A DNA stretch of 64,000 nt from Bacteroidetes bacterium B1(2017) (GTDB lineage: Bacteria > Bacteroidota > Bacteroidia > UKL13-3). Positions 19,699 through 30,718 of this stretch are shown here, one piece after another (the first letter of the stretch is position 1; every line of letters starts with the position of its first letter). Below the pieces are notes generated by a model, which did not search any database, was not told the origin of the DNA, and saw only the letters and a program-made list of their open reading frames with translations. The stretch lies in assembly GCA_002256395.1 (NCBI GenBank), contig NKJG01000002.1, forward strand, positions 502,333 to 566,332. Direction: 5' to 3'. The position numbers and the translations under genes are program-made.

Positions 19699-22332
19699 AT
19701 GAGAAAAAAACTACTAAACCTTTTTGCACTTGTAGCATTAGGAATTGGGGCAAATGCCCAAATTTCGGAAACCCTTGTAAAAACAGAATTTACTAACGCA
19801 TTACTTAAAGAGAATTTTCTTAATGCAAATGAAGTAAATTTTTCTGTGAGCTCTCAATATACAAGTGCCCATAATGGGGTTACACATGTATACGGTAATC
19901 AAACATTAAATGGTGTAGAGGTATTTAATGCAAACGTTGATATTCACTTTTCAAAAGATGGAAAGGTTATAGGATACCATCATAATTTTATACCCAACAT
20001 AGCCCAAAAGGTTAATGCCACTAAACCAAAAGTGGGTGCTATTCAGGCCATGCAAACAGCTTTGGCAACTGAAGGTATGTCGGCTACAACACTAGCAAAT
20101 AAAGCGCCTTTAGCAGAGAACTCTGTATTAACTTGGTTCGAACCAACGGTATCTACTGAAAAAATTAGAGTAAAGGCTGGTTATTTTGCAATTGCAGACG
20201 AAGTAAAACTAGTATGGCAATTAGAATTTTTAAATGATGAAACGAACGATTTTTGGAACAAGAAGGTTGATGCACAAACAGGATTAGTAATTGCCCAAAA
20301 CAATTATACTACCTTTTGTAATTTTGAACCAAAAGCTGAAACCAAATCTAGTTCAAGTTTCTTATTTGAAGATGAAACGGCCCCCCTTAGTTTAGGAAAA
20401 AAGGCTACCACTGGCACCTATAATGTATTTCCTTTGCCACTTGAAAGTCCAAACCATGGTCCAAGAAGTTTAATGACTGATATCGCATCTGCAAATGCTT
20501 CTCCATTTGGATGGCATGATACCAACGGCGTTGTAGGACCTGAATTTTTGATAACGCGTGGTAATAATGTTTGGGCAAAAGAAGACACCTTGAATAATAA
20601 TGGTAGCACGGGCGGATATTCACCTAATGGAGGTGATTCCTTAATTTTTGATTATCCATATAGTATCAGCGCTAAACCAAGAGCCAACCTAAATGCAGCT
20701 ATTGTAAATCTATTTTATTGGAATAATATTTTACATGATATTTTCTTTAATTATGGATTTGATGAAAAGAGTGGCAATTACCAACAAAAAAATCTTAGTG
20801 CCAATGGTCTTGGAAGAGATGCTGTTATGGCTGATGCACAAGATGGTAGTGGTACTAGTAATGCAAATTTCTCTGCTCCTGTAGATGGAATAAGTGGAAG
20901 AATGCAAATGTATGTTTGGCCTACTAGTGGAGCATCAACTTCAAATAATACATTGGGAGTAAGCTATCCTAATTCTATTAAAGGAGTGTTTTATGGCCCA
21001 CAATCAACATCGGGTCCTAGATTAACTCCAGAAGGACTTAAAGGTAAAATAGTATTACTTATGGATTCGGTTGTGGGAGTTACTGGAACAACCACAAGCA
21101 ATGGCTGCGGTTTAATCGCAAATTCGTCTGAATTAGCCGGAAATATTGTATTAATTGATAGAGGAGGAACTTGCGGAACAAGTAGTACAGCAAACAGAAA
21201 TAAAATAAAAGCCGCTCAAGCTGCAGGCGCTATTGCCGTAATTATTGCACATAATACAAATGGTCTTACCCCTACTGCTGTTACAGGTACAGATGCTGCT
21301 ATTACCATTCCCTCAATTATAATTGGATATGGAACTGGAGTGATGATAAAAACAGCCCTTCAATCAGATTCGGTTATGGCAATTTTGTTTGATTCATCTG
21401 CTTTTAATACAGCTAAAGTATATGATAGCGACTTGGATAATGGAGTAATGACACATGAATATGGCCATGGAATTTCTATTAGATTAACAGGAGGACCGGC
21501 AAATTCAAGTTGTTTAAATAATAGAGAACAAGGTGGTGAAGGTTGGAGTGATTTCTTTGCATTGGCTTTAACCACTAGAGTTTGGGAAAACCCTGCCACA
21601 GTAAAAAAAGGAATTGGAACCTTTGTTTATGACCAAGATACTACAGGATTAGGAATTCGTCAATACCGCTATTCACGCAGCATGACTGTTAATCCTTTAA
21701 CTTATAATTCTGTTAAATTAAATACAGAAGTTCATGCAACAGGTACCGTTTGGTGCACAGTATTATATGATTTATACCTTGACATGATTGATAAATATGG
21801 TTTCAACCCAGATTGGTATGCTGGCAACGGTGGTAATAACAAAATGATGCAATTGGTAATGGACGGATTAAAATTACAACCATGTAGTCCAGGTTTCTTA
21901 GATGCCCGTAATGCCATTATTTTGGCTGATTCAATCAATAATGGTGGAGCAAACAAAGATTTACTTTGGAAAGGTTTTGCTAGAAGAGGAATGGGATTCT
22001 ATGCTAATCAAGGAAGTAGCGCAAGTGCTACAGATCAGGTTGAAAACTTCTCATTACCGCCAGCTACAGGTTTAAACCAAATTGAAGAAAGCGATAATTT
22101 TAGACTTTATCCAAATCCAGCGCTAACAGAAATTACAGTGGATGTGTTTGGTGGAGCAAAGATTACAGGTATTGAAATTTATGATATTGAAGGTAAATTG
22201 GTTCAACAAAAGTTGGTTCAAGGAAATTTACCTAGCACAACTCTAAAATTGTCAGAACATCCAACTGGTTATTACCTTGTGAAGATAACTAGTAATGAAG
22301 GGGTAGCTTACAAAAAACTACTCATAAACTAA
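19699..22332 (+). CDS. T9SS-secreted M36 (fungalysin-like) metallopeptidase with PA domain
   Basis: 877 aa. Signal peptide, FTP propeptide-like GVTHVYGNQTLNGVEVFNANV, PA insert (GNIVLIDRGGTCG..AAQAAGAIAVIIAHN) and zinc motif THEYGHGIS. C-terminal type-A sorting domain FRLYPNPALTEITV...YKKLLIN. Confidence 0.9.
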   Translation: MRKKLLNLFALVALGIGANAQISETLVKTEFTNALLKENFLNANEVNFSVSSQYTSAHNGVTHVYGNQTLNGVEVFNANVDIHFSKDGKVIGYHHNFIPNIAQKVNATKPKVGAIQAMQTALATEGMSATTLANKAPLAENSVLTWFEPTVSTEKIRVKAGYFAIADEVKLVWQLEFLNDETNDFWNKKVDAQTGLVIAQNNYTTFCNFEPKAETKSSSSFLFEDETAPLSLGKKATTGTYNVFPLPLESPNHGPRSLMTDIASANASPFGWHDTNGVVGPEFLITRGNNVWAKEDTLNNNGSTGGYSPNGGDSLIFDYPYSISAKPRANLNAAIVNLFYWNNILHDIFFNYGFDEKSGNYQQKNLSANGLGRDAVMADAQDGSGTSNANFSAPVDGISGRMQMYVWPTSGASTSNNTLGVSYPNSIKGVFYGPQSTSGPRLTPEGLKGKIVLLMDSVVGVTGTTTSNGCGLIANSSELAGNIVLIDRGGTCGTSSTANRNKIKAAQAAGAIAVIIAHNTNGLTPTAVTGTDAAITIPSIIIGYGTGVMIKTALQSDSVMAILFDSSAFNTAKVYDSDLDNGVMTHEYGHGISIRLTGGPANSSCLNNREQGGEGWSDFFALALTTRVWENPATVKKGIGTFVYDQDTTGLGIRQYRYSRSMTVNPLTYNSVKLNTEVHATGTVWCTVLYDLYLDMIDKYGFNPDWYAGNGGNNKMMQLVMDGLKLQPCSPGFLDARNAIILADSINNGGANKDLLWKGFARRGMGFYANQGSSASATDQVENFSLPPATGLNQIEESDNFRLYPNPALTEITVDVFGGAKITGIEIYDIEGKLVQQKLVQGNLPSTTLKLSEHPTGYYLVKITSNEGVAYKKLLIN

Positions 22333-22348
22333 TCAAAATTTAATCTAT

Positions 22349-22381
22349 AAAAAAAGGCGGCTAATTGGTCGCCTTTTTTTA
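22349..22381 (+). terminator. Rho-independent terminator after the M36 protease gene
   Basis: AAAAAAA-GGCGGCT-AATT-GGTCGCC-TTTTTTT. A 7-bp stem (2 G-U pairs), 4-nt loop and T7 tail, 17 nt after the stop codon. Confidence 0.8.
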
Positions 22382-22407
22382 TGTTTGTTACTTGCTAAAA
22401 ATGCTAC

Positions 22408-23598
22408 ATGAGTTCAAGCAGGTTTCAACATTTTAAAAAAGTACTCTTTTTATTAGATGTACTTAAACTAGCTCTAACCGCTTTTGGTGGTCCTCAGGTG
22501 CATTTTACCATGTTTAGAAAGCATTTGGTTCAGAAAAAAAACTATTTAACAGAAGAAGAATTAATTGAACTAAATTCTTTATGCAGCATGCTCCCTGGAC
22601 CAACCTCCACACAAACTATAACAGCTATAGGTTACAAAATGGGTGGACCTACATTTGCGTTTATTACCTTAGGAATTTGGATTATGCCAGCCTGTTTATT
22701 AATGGGTACCTTAGCAATTGTATTAAGTAACTTTGATTTAGCTAGCCCCAAATTAGGCTTTATGAAATTTGTTGCCCCAATGGCAAGTGGTTTCTTAATT
22801 TATGCCGCCTATAAATTTATCCAAATGTTTGTAACAAAACGCTACCATTGGGCGCTATTGGTTGGAACCGCGATAATTGGCACCTGGCAACAATCGCCTT
22901 TTTTAATACCTGTCATGCTAATTTTAGGAGGATTAATTTCTAGTTATATAAACACGCGAGGGTCTGTAAAAAAACCAGATCCAATTAAAAATATTCGATG
23001 GGATAATCTCCTGCTTTATGGAGGTATTTTTATTATTGCTGCAATTGCAGGGGTTGCCACTCAAAATAGATTTTTACTCCTATTTGAAAATAATTTCAGG
23101 TATGGGAGCATTGTTTTTGGGGGTGGAAATGTATTAATTCCATTAATGTTTAATCAGTTTGTAGAGTACAAACATTATATAGAAGCCAGCGATTTTTTGG
23201 CTGGTTTAGGATTTTTACAGGCCATGCCTGGACCCGTTTTTTCAATTGCAACCTTTGCTGGAGCAATGAGTGTTAAGGAATATGGCTTCTTTGGGCAGGT
23301 TTTGGGTATGATATCTGGAACAGTTGGTATTTTTCTTCCAGGCATATTACTAATCTTTTTTGTGTTTCCAATTTGGAACCAACTCAAAAATTTTGCACCT
23401 GTAAAAAACGCCATCGAAGGCATTAATGCGGCCTCGGCAGGGCTTGTTGTTTCGTCGGCCTATTTACTCTTTTTACCCGTTGAAGTAAATGAGCAAAATA
23501 TGCTCGTATTATTAACAACATTATTCTTATTATTGTCAACCAAAGTACCTAGTCCAATTATTGTTTTGGGCTGTTTAGCCGGAGGATATTTTTTTTAA
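22408..23598 (+). CDS. chrA: Chromate ion transporter (CHR family, two-domain)
   Basis: 396 aa. Duplicated CHR domains (FGGPQVHF...LPGPTSTQ in the first half, FGGGNVLIPL...MPGPVFS in the second). Confidence 0.85.
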   Translation: MSSSRFQHFKKVLFLLDVLKLALTAFGGPQVHFTMFRKHLVQKKNYLTEEELIELNSLCSMLPGPTSTQTITAIGYKMGGPTFAFITLGIWIMPACLLMGTLAIVLSNFDLASPKLGFMKFVAPMASGFLIYAAYKFIQMFVTKRYHWALLVGTAIIGTWQQSPFLIPVMLILGGLISSYINTRGSVKKPDPIKNIRWDNLLLYGGIFIIAAIAGVATQNRFLLLFENNFRYGSIVFGGGNVLIPLMFNQFVEYKHYIEASDFLAGLGFLQAMPGPVFSIATFAGAMSVKEYGFFGQVLGMISGTVGIFLPGILLIFFVFPIWNQLKNFAPVKNAIEGINAASAGLVVSSAYLLFLPVEVNEQNMLVLLTTLFLLLSTKVPSPIIVLGCLAGGYFF

Positions 23599-24242
23599 TG
23601 AAGCATTTTAAACACAGCTTATTTTTAGTTTCTTTTTTCCTCTTTTTTCAAGGGTTAGAATCAAAGGCTCAAAGCAGAAACGACTCAGACTTGGTTCAGT
23701 TTACTGGCTTTGTTGTTAACTATGATAGCACTAAAACAATTCCATTTGTTACTATAAGAATTAAAGGAACTAGTCGCGGTTCTTATTCCGATATGCAAGG
23801 CTATTTTTCATTTGTAGCCAAACGTTCAGATGTATTAGTTTTTACTTGTGTTGGATTTGTACCTCGAAGCTTTAAGCTTCCTGAAAGCGCGAAAGGCAGT
23901 AAATTTAAGAGTGTTGTGGCCATGACAGTGGATACATTTTTATTGGAGGATGTTGTTATTACAGGGCATCCCACAGCAGAACAAATGGATTATATGTTTT
24001 CTCGAACCAACCTTCCTGAAGATGATTATACCCTTGCTATGCAAAATTTGAGAAGGAAACCTTTAGCTGATGTTGCTAATAGTTTATCGTATGATGCGTA
24101 TGATAATGCGAGGTGGAAGTTCAACGACTACGCCAATAAAGCCTATTATAATGGCCAACCTCAACCAATACCAGTTTTGGATGTGATGGCTTGGGGTAAG
24201 TTTATTAAAGCACTCCAAAATGGCGATTTAAAACGTCAATAA
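23598..24242 (+). CDS. Carboxypeptidase-like regulatory (CarboxypepD_reg) domain protein
   Basis: 214 aa. Signal peptide, then FTGFVVNYDSTKTIPFVTIRIKGTSRGSYSDMQGYFSFVA..DVLVFTCVGF. The ATG overlaps the chrA stop (TAATG). Confidence 0.7.
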   Translation: MKHFKHSLFLVSFFLFFQGLESKAQSRNDSDLVQFTGFVVNYDSTKTIPFVTIRIKGTSRGSYSDMQGYFSFVAKRSDVLVFTCVGFVPRSFKLPESAKGSKFKSVVAMTVDTFLLEDVVITGHPTAEQMDYMFSRTNLPEDDYTLAMQNLRRKPLADVANSLSYDAYDNARWKFNDYANKAYYNGQPQPIPVLDVMAWGKFIKALQNGDLKRQ

Positions 24243-24347
24243 GACCCCACTTGTACTTAAAACAAGTCAACTAGCGTTCTAGCTTGTGAAAAGGTTTAAA
24301 AGCTAAGCTAGCCCAATAAACCTTCTGTACCTAAATTTACAAACTAT

Positions 24348-25181
24348 ATGGCAGCAGAAGAATATTATTTAGACCACAGTACACGCAAACATCAAATTTA
24401 TGGTGCAGTTGGTACCACCTTGGTTCATGCTCTTATTTTTGGAGTGTTGGTATTTGTTGTTTTAACCCCACCTGATCCTCCACTTGGGAATATTGGATTA
24501 CAAGTAAGTATTGGAGAAGAAAACATGGGAGGCCCTGCAAATGCTCCTACTCCAAACCCTGCACCTACAGATAATTATGTTCCTATTAGTGAAGCAACAG
24601 ACCAACAATCTGTAACTTCTGATAATTCGGAAAGTGTAGATATTAAAGATAAAACAAGCCCCAAACCTAAAGAAGTAAATACAGTAAAACCTGTAACTGA
24701 AACCAAAAAGCCTGTTTTGGAATTACCTAAAAAACCCTTGCAAGCCGCCTTGTTTACTCGTAGGAAAAACAATAGTGAGGGTGGTTATGGTGATGGAGAT
24801 AACCCAGGAAACCAAGGAAAAGAGGATGGTTCTGAATTTGGAAGTAAAGATGGCCATGGTAAAGGTGATCATGGCGATGGGTTCGATGCAAAAGGTGAGG
24901 ATGATATAGCTATACATATGCCTTCGGGCAGAAAGGTTAAACAATTGCCTACTATTGTTGATAATTCTAAATCAGTTGGAAAAGTAGTTGTAAGCATTAC
25001 AGTAAATAAAGATGGCGAGGTAATAAAAGCAATACCAGGTCAAATTGGTAGCAATACCATTGAACCTGCACTATTAAGTAAAGCCAAAGAAGGTGCGCTT
25101 AAAACTAGATTTGCTCCAAGAACAGATGGCACCGACGATCAAACAGGTACTATGACTATTATTTTTAGGTTTAAACCGTAA
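24348..25181 (+). CDS. TonB-family energy transducer-like protein
   Basis: 277 aa. One N-terminal TM (IYGAVGTTLVHALIFGVLVFVVL), a Pro- then Gly/Asp-rich linker, and a TonB_C-like end (GKVVVSITVNKDGEVIKA...TGTMTIIFRFK). Confidence 0.75.
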   Translation: MAAEEYYLDHSTRKHQIYGAVGTTLVHALIFGVLVFVVLTPPDPPLGNIGLQVSIGEENMGGPANAPTPNPAPTDNYVPISEATDQQSVTSDNSESVDIKDKTSPKPKEVNTVKPVTETKKPVLELPKKPLQAALFTRRKNNSEGGYGDGDNPGNQGKEDGSEFGSKDGHGKGDHGDGFDAKGEDDIAIHMPSGRKVKQLPTIVDNSKSVGKVVVSITVNKDGEVIKAIPGQIGSNTIEPALLSKAKEGALKTRFAPRTDGTDDQTGTMTIIFRFKP

Positions 25182-25276
25182 AAATTAGATTAAGTTATTA
25201 ATTTCCTTTTGAAATCAAGAGAAGGGACTTAATTTCGAAGCTTGGAAATTCCTCACTCAGGATAATATCAAGCCCT

Positions 25277-26563
25277 TTGAACTACAAAGAAACACTGGAT
25301 TACCTTTATAGCCAACTGCCTATGTTCACTAGAATTGGCAGCGCTGCTATAAAAAAAGACCTAACCAATACCTTGGCCTTATGTAAGGCGCTTGATTTTC
25401 CTCAAACTAAGTTTAAAACCATACATATTGCTGGAACCAATGGAAAAGGGTCTACTAGCCATATGCTGGCCTCAATTTTACAAGAAGCAGGATATAAAAC
25501 TGGCTTGTACACATCGCCGCATTTAAGAGATTTTAGAGAACGAATTCGAATCAATGGTAACATGATTTCGGAAGAAAAGGTTATTGATTTTGTTGCTCAA
25601 CATAAAGACCTTTTTGAAGAAATTAAACCAAGCTTTTTTGAATGGACTGTTGCACTTTCATTTGATTATTTTGCCCATGAAAAAGTTGATATCGCCATTA
25701 TAGAAACAGGATTAGGTGGTCGTTTAGATTCAACAAATATTATTAGCCCTTTGGCCAGTATTATTACAAATATTGGATGGGACCATATGGATTTATTGGG
25801 TGACACTCTTGAAAAAATAGCCTTTGAAAAAGCAGGCATTATTAAGCCTGAGATACCCGTCATTATTGGTGAGTACCAAAAAGATATTGCGCATGTATTT
25901 GTTGAGAAAGCAATTGAAACAAAGAGTCCTATTTGCTTTTCAAATCAAAAGGTTAACATTTTATATTTTAATAGTTCCTATCAACAGTCGGCATTTGATG
26001 TGCAGTTTCAATTTGGTGAATTATGGAAAAACGTTTACTGCGATTTAAACGGATTCTACCAACAAAAAAACATAGGAACCGTTTTAGCTTCTCTTGAAAC
26101 TATAATTCAATCTGGTTTCAAAATTAGCGAACGAGATGTGCGCGAAGGATTGATGAATGTGAAGCGGAATACACAATTATTAGGAAGATGGCAAGTTTTA
26201 TCATCTAGCCCAATGACAATATGTGATACAGGACATAATGTAAACGGAATTGAGTATGTGGTTAAACAACTTGCTTCACAAAAATTTGAAACCTTACATA
26301 TGGTTTTTGGGATGGTTAAAGACAAAGACATTTCAAAAGTTTTAGCCCTATTACCAAAGCATGCAACCTATTACTTCACAAAAGCTGCCATACCAAGAGC
26401 CTTAGATGAAAAAGAATTACAGCTTCAAGCTAACTCATTTGGATTGCATGGCAAAACCTATGAACGTGTTGATATTGCTCTAAGTGCCGCTAAACAAGCA
26501 GCTAAGCAAAACGATTTAATTTTTATTGGAGGTAGTACCTTTGTTGTAGCCGAAGTAGTTTAA
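25277..26563 (+). CDS. folC: Folylpolyglutamate synthase/dihydrofolate synthase
   Basis: 428 aa. P-loop [48 protein letters not shown] start. Confidence 0.93.
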   Translation: MNYKETLDYLYSQLPMFTRIGSAAIKKDLTNTLALCKALDFPQTKFKTIHIAGTNGKGSTSHMLASILQEAGYKTGLYTSPHLRDFRERIRINGNMISEEKVIDFVAQHKDLFEEIKPSFFEWTVALSFDYFAHEKVDIAIIETGLGGRLDSTNIISPLASIITNIGWDHMDLLGDTLEKIAFEKAGIIKPEIPVIIGEYQKDIAHVFVEKAIETKSPICFSNQKVNILYFNSSYQQSAFDVQFQFGELWKNVYCDLNGFYQQKNIGTVLASLETIIQSGFKISERDVREGLMNVKRNTQLLGRWQVLSSSPMTICDTGHNVNGIEYVVKQLASQKFETLHMVFGMVKDKDISKVLALLPKHATYYFTKAAIPRALDEKELQLQANSFGLHGKTYERVDIALSAAKQAAKQNDLIFIGGSTFVVAEVV

Positions 26564-27597
26564 ATACTTTTCTTTTTGATAAGCCTAGCGGCCTGCTTTA
26601 CTAGGTTCGGGCCAGCATAAATAAAACCAGTATATACTTGAACCAAACTTGCTCCTGCCTCAATTTTCTCTAAAGCAGATTCTGCATTATGAATACCACC
26701 CACACCAATTATTGGAATACTTCCTTTCGTTTTGGTTGAAATATATTTAATTACATCGGTTGATCTCTTTTGTAAAACTTTGCCACTTAAACCACCAGCA
26801 CCAATGGCTTCAACCTGTTCTTTACTAGCAAACAATCCTTCTCTTGAAATGGTGGTATTAGTTGCAACTAATCCATCAATGGCACTTTCTTCTACAATTT
26901 CAATTACATCGTCTATTTGAGTATCAGTTAAATCGGGAGCAATTTTTAATAGGATTGGCTTGCTTATTTTACCCTTCTTAATCCATTCATTTCTAAGCTT
27001 AACTAAACGTGTTAGAATTTCGAGAAGGGGTTTCTTATCCTGCAATTCTCTAAGGTTTGGAGTATTTGGAGAACTAACATTCACAACAAAATAATCAACC
27101 ACTTCGTATAACTTATCAAAGCAAATAGCATAATCATCCGAGGCATTTTCATTAGGTGTAATTTTATTCTTTCCAATGTTTCCTCCTACTATTAACCCTG
27201 CTGGTCTATTCTTTAATCGTTGAGCAACTACCTCTACCCCATCATTGTTAAAACCCATTCTATTTATTAGGGCTTCATCCTTTTTTAGTCTAAACAAACG
27301 CGGCAAATCATTTCCTGGCTGTGGTTTTGGAGTAACTGTACCAATTTCGATAAAGCCAAAACCCAAGGCGCTAAGTTCATGCAAATAGCCTGCGTTTTTA
27401 TCAAGACCAGCTGCTAATCCTACCCTATTTGTAAATTTCAACCCCAAAAAATCGTAGCTATTTTCTACCTTAAAGGTTTGAAAGCACAGGGCTCGAACCA
27501 AGGGGATTTTCATAAAGAAACGTAATGAATGAAAAGTAAAATAATGCGCTCGCTCTGGAGGCATCATAAATAATATACTACGTAAAAGGGAATACAA
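26560..27597 (-). CDS. pyrD: Quinone-dependent dihydroorotate dehydrogenase (class 2)
   Basis: 345 aa. [37 protein letters not shown] and IGVGGI. TTG start. The stop overlaps the folC stop (TTAA). Confidence 0.95.
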   Translation of the reverse strand: MYSLLRSILFMMPPERAHYFTFHSLRFFMKIPLVRALCFQTFKVENSYDFLGLKFTNRVGLAAGLDKNAGYLHELSALGFGFIEIGTVTPKPQPGNDLPRLFRLKKDEALINRMGFNNDGVEVVAQRLKNRPAGLIVGGNIGKNKITPNENASDDYAICFDKLYEVVDYFVVNVSSPNTPNLRELQDKKPLLEILTRLVKLRNEWIKKGKISKPILLKIAPDLTDTQIDDVIEIVEESAIDGLVATNTTISREGLFASKEQVEAIGAGGLSGKVLQKRSTDVIKYISTKTKGSIPIIGVGGIHNAESALEKIEAGASLVQVYTGFIYAGPNLVKQAARLIKKKSI

Positions 27598-27808
27598 AAT
27601 AGATGAAATTAATTTTTTGTCAAAAATACAAAGCGAGTTGAGCTTTTTTAAACATTTATTGAAAAAGTATGTTAATTGAGTTATTGAAAGTCAAATTTGC
27701 TATTTAGAATAGGTATAAATATCGAAATTGTTAATAAATGTTAGGGGTTTCGCCTTAAGAAATTGCAGATAACTATAAATTCGCACACAAATTTTAATAC
27801 TATAAAGA

Positions 27809-28603
27809 ATGAACTGGGTTACTAAAATGTTTTCATCATCCATTGGCCAAAAGTTTATTATGGCCCTTACTGGATTATTCTTATGCTCTTTCTTAATCAT
27901 ACACATGGTTGGAAACTTGCAATTGTTTAAATCTGATTATGGTTTAGCGTTTAATACCTATGCCGTTTTTATGACCACCTTCCCTCTCATTAAGGTTGTT
28001 TCGTATGTGTTGTATGCAAGTCTATTATTCCATGCTTTTAAAGGAATAATGTTGGTATACAAAAACAACAAGGCACGCCCTGTAAAGTATGCTGTTCAAA
28101 ATGGTGCTGCAAATAGCCATTGGACAAGCCGCAGCATGGGTGTTTTAGGAACAATTATTTTGGTATTCTTAGTCATTCACATGAAAAACTTTTGGTTCGA
28201 ATACAAGTTTGGACATGAAGTGGGTTACACACAGTATTTAACCAACCTACAAACTGGTGAAGTGATGGCTAGACCAATGACTGCAGGTTACAGCCAACAC
28301 AATAAAATTGAAGAGCGCGTAGATGCTGCACCGGATGGCTCTCAATATAAAATAACCATTGTAAAAGATTTATACAATGAAGTTGCAGTTGAATTTAAAG
28401 AGTGGTGGTTAGTTGCCTTATATGTATTTTGCATGTTTGCCGTTGCTTTCCATTTATATCATGGATTTCAAAGTGCTTTCCAAAGTTTGGGTATTAACCA
28501 TAGCAAATACAATGGCCTATTTAAGTTTTTAGGAATTTGGTTCTTCTCGGTAATTATTCCTGCAAGCTTTGCCGCCATGCCTTTATTCTTTTTCTTTAAA
28601 TAA
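27809..28603 (+). CDS. sdhC: Succinate dehydrogenase/fumarate reductase cytochrome b subunit (b558 family)
   Basis: 264 aa. SSIGQKFIMALTGLFLCSFLIIHMVGNL, 5 TM with conserved His residues, and position upstream of sdhA/sdhB. The start could instead be the ATG at 27827. Confidence 0.88.
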   Translation: MNWVTKMFSSSIGQKFIMALTGLFLCSFLIIHMVGNLQLFKSDYGLAFNTYAVFMTTFPLIKVVSYVLYASLLFHAFKGIMLVYKNNKARPVKYAVQNGAANSHWTSRSMGVLGTIILVFLVIHMKNFWFEYKFGHEVGYTQYLTNLQTGEVMARPMTAGYSQHNKIEERVDAAPDGSQYKITIVKDLYNEVAVEFKEWWLVALYVFCMFAVAFHLYHGFQSAFQSLGINHSKYNGLFKFLGIWFFSVIIPASFAAMPLFFFFK

Positions 28604-28621
28604 TTTTTTGAACCAACAGAT

Positions 28622-30625
28622 ATGACATCGAAATTAGACTCAAAAATTCCTGAAGGTAATTTGGAACAAAAATGGACCAAGTACCGCTCAACAGTTCCAT
28701 TGGTAAATCCATCGAACAAACGTAGCTTGGAAGTTCTTATAATAGGTTCAGGTTTAGCCGGAGCCTCAGCTGCTGCTTCTTTAGCAGAATTAGGTTATAA
28801 GGTAAAAGTATTTTGTTTTCAAGATTCGGCCCGTAGAGCCCATAGTATTGCAGCTCAAGGTGGTATTAATGCCGCAAAAAACTATCAAAACGATGGCGAT
28901 TCAACCTATCGTTTATTTTATGATACTATTAAAGGAGGCGACTATCGCGCTCGTGAAGCAAACGTGTATCGTTTAGCAGAAGTTAGTGCAAGCATTATTG
29001 ACCATTGCGTTGCTAATGGTGTACCTTTTGCTCGCGAATACGGAGGATTATTAAGTAATCGTTCATTTGGCGGTACTCAAGTACAAAGAACCTTTTATGC
29101 TGCTGGTCAAACTGGCCAACAGTTATTATTAGGAGCATACAGTGGTTTACAACGCCAAGTTGGTATGGGTAATGTAAAAATGTATGCCCGCCACGAAATG
29201 TTAGAAGTAGTAACTATTGATGGTGTATGTAGAGGTATAATTGCCCGTGATTTAACAACGGGTAAATTAGAACGCCACTTTGGTCATGCTGTATTGTTAT
29301 GTTCAGGTGGATACGGAAACGTATTTTATCTTTCAACCAATGCCATGGGATCAAACGTAACTGCTGCATGGAAAGCTCATAAAAAAGGCGCCATGTTTGC
29401 TAACCCTTGCTTTACTCAAATTCACCCTACTTGTATTCCAGTTTCTGGTGACCACCAATCAAAATTAACCTTGATGAGTGAGTCGTTACGTAATGATGGA
29501 AGAATTTGGGTTCCTAAGAAAAAAGAAGATGCAATAGCACTTCGTGAAAATAAAATTAAGCCGAACCAAATTGCTGAAGAGGATAGAGATTACTATTTAG
29601 AAAGAAGATATCCTGCTTTTGGTAACTTGGTACCTAGAGACGTTGCTAGCCGTGCCGCTAAAGAAAGATGCGATGCAGGTTTTGGCGTAAACAAAACAGG
29701 TGAAGCAGTATTTTTAGATTTTGCTTTTAATACAAAACGTTACGGAAATATGGAAGCCACTAAAAAAGGTATTCATAACCCTAGCGAGGAGCAAATTGTC
29801 GAAATGGGCCGCGCAGTAGTAAAAGAAAAATATGGTAACTTGTTTGATATGTATCAACAAATTACGGGTGTTAATCCATACGAACAACCAATGATGATAT
29901 ACCCTGCTGTGCATTATACAATGGGTGGACTTTGGGTAGATTATAACCTAATGACAAACATCCCTGGATTGTACGCTTTGGGTGAAGCTAACTTCTCTGA
30001 TCACGGGGCAAATCGTTTGGGAGCTTCTGCTTTAATGCAAGGTTTAGCCGATGGATACTTTGTTATACCATACACCATTGGAGCATACTTAAACAAAGAA
30101 ATCATGACTAAGGCAATTCCTACAGATCATGCGGCTTTTGTGGATGCAGAAAATAAAGTTAAATCAACCATCGATCAATTGATGGGAATTAAAGGAACCA
30201 AATCGGTGGATCATTTCCATAAGCGCCTAGGCTTAATTATGTGGAATAAATGCGGTATGGCTCGTAATTCGGAAGATTTAAATAAAGCTATTAGCGAAAT
30301 ACAAGAATTGAGAAAAGAGTTCTGGAGCAATGTTCGTATCCCAGGTGATGCAAACGAAATGAATCCTGAATTAGAAAAAGCAGTTCGCGTGGCCGACTTC
30401 CTTGAATTAGGTGAGCTAATGTGTAAAGATGCCTTAATGCGTAACGAAAGTTGTGGTGGACATTTCCGTGAAGAGTATCAAACCGAAGAAGGTGAGGCGA
30501 TGCGCGATGATGAAAATTACAAATATGTAGCGGCTTGGGAGTATTTTGAAGGAAACAACTGGGAATTAACAAAAGAAGACCTGGTTTATGAGAATATAAA
30601 AATTGCTCAAAGAAGTTATAAATAA
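28622..30625 (+). CDS. sdhA: Succinate dehydrogenase/fumarate reductase flavoprotein subunit
   Basis: 667 aa. FAD fold [12 protein letters not shown], covalent-FAD His context [18 protein letters not shown], and [18 protein letters not shown]. Confidence 0.97.
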   Translation: MTSKLDSKIPEGNLEQKWTKYRSTVPLVNPSNKRSLEVLIIGSGLAGASAAASLAELGYKVKVFCFQDSARRAHSIAAQGGINAAKNYQNDGDSTYRLFYDTIKGGDYRAREANVYRLAEVSASIIDHCVANGVPFAREYGGLLSNRSFGGTQVQRTFYAAGQTGQQLLLGAYSGLQRQVGMGNVKMYARHEMLEVVTIDGVCRGIIARDLTTGKLERHFGHAVLLCSGGYGNVFYLSTNAMGSNVTAAWKAHKKGAMFANPCFTQIHPTCIPVSGDHQSKLTLMSESLRNDGRIWVPKKKEDAIALRENKIKPNQIAEEDRDYYLERRYPAFGNLVPRDVASRAAKERCDAGFGVNKTGEAVFLDFAFNTKRYGNMEATKKGIHNPSEEQIVEMGRAVVKEKYGNLFDMYQQITGVNPYEQPMMIYPAVHYTMGGLWVDYNLMTNIPGLYALGEANFSDHGANRLGASALMQGLADGYFVIPYTIGAYLNKEIMTKAIPTDHAAFVDAENKVKSTIDQLMGIKGTKSVDHFHKRLGLIMWNKCGMARNSEDLNKAISEIQELRKEFWSNVRIPGDANEMNPELEKAVRVADFLELGELMCKDALMRNESCGGHFREEYQTEEGEAMRDDENYKYVAAWEYFEGNNWELTKEDLVYENIKIAQRSYK

Positions 30626-30718
30626 GGCTGATAGCTATTGGCTATTGGCCTTTAGCGGAAACAGTTTTGCATAAAACAACCAATTAATTAAAAGGCCAAA
30701 GGCTAACAGCTAAAGGCT
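30626..30718. repeat. Long imperfect inverted repeat filling the sdhA-sdhB spacer
   Basis: Perfect 9-bp core TTGGCCTTT (30645-30653) pairs with AAAGGCCAA (30691-30699). The pairing extends outward to about 30626/30718 with roughly 20 Watson-Crick pairs, 4 G-U pairs and 4 mismatches by hand pairing. Arms are built from GCTnnnGGC/GCCTTTAGC-like units. Confidence 0.6.

Noticed and set aside
24243-24347. Cluster of short palindromes after the CarboxypepD_reg gene: ACTTGT-N7-ACAAGT, TAGCTT-N19-AAGCTA, GCTAGC.
   Set aside because: The stems are only 6 bp with no T-run. It is possibly a weak terminator, but not strong enough to call as a feature.
27700-27906. 68-aa minus-strand ORF in the pyrD/sdhC divergent promoter region.
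   Set aside because: It overlaps the sdhC start on the opposite strand, is AT-rich and low-complexity, and has no motif. It is most likely spurious.
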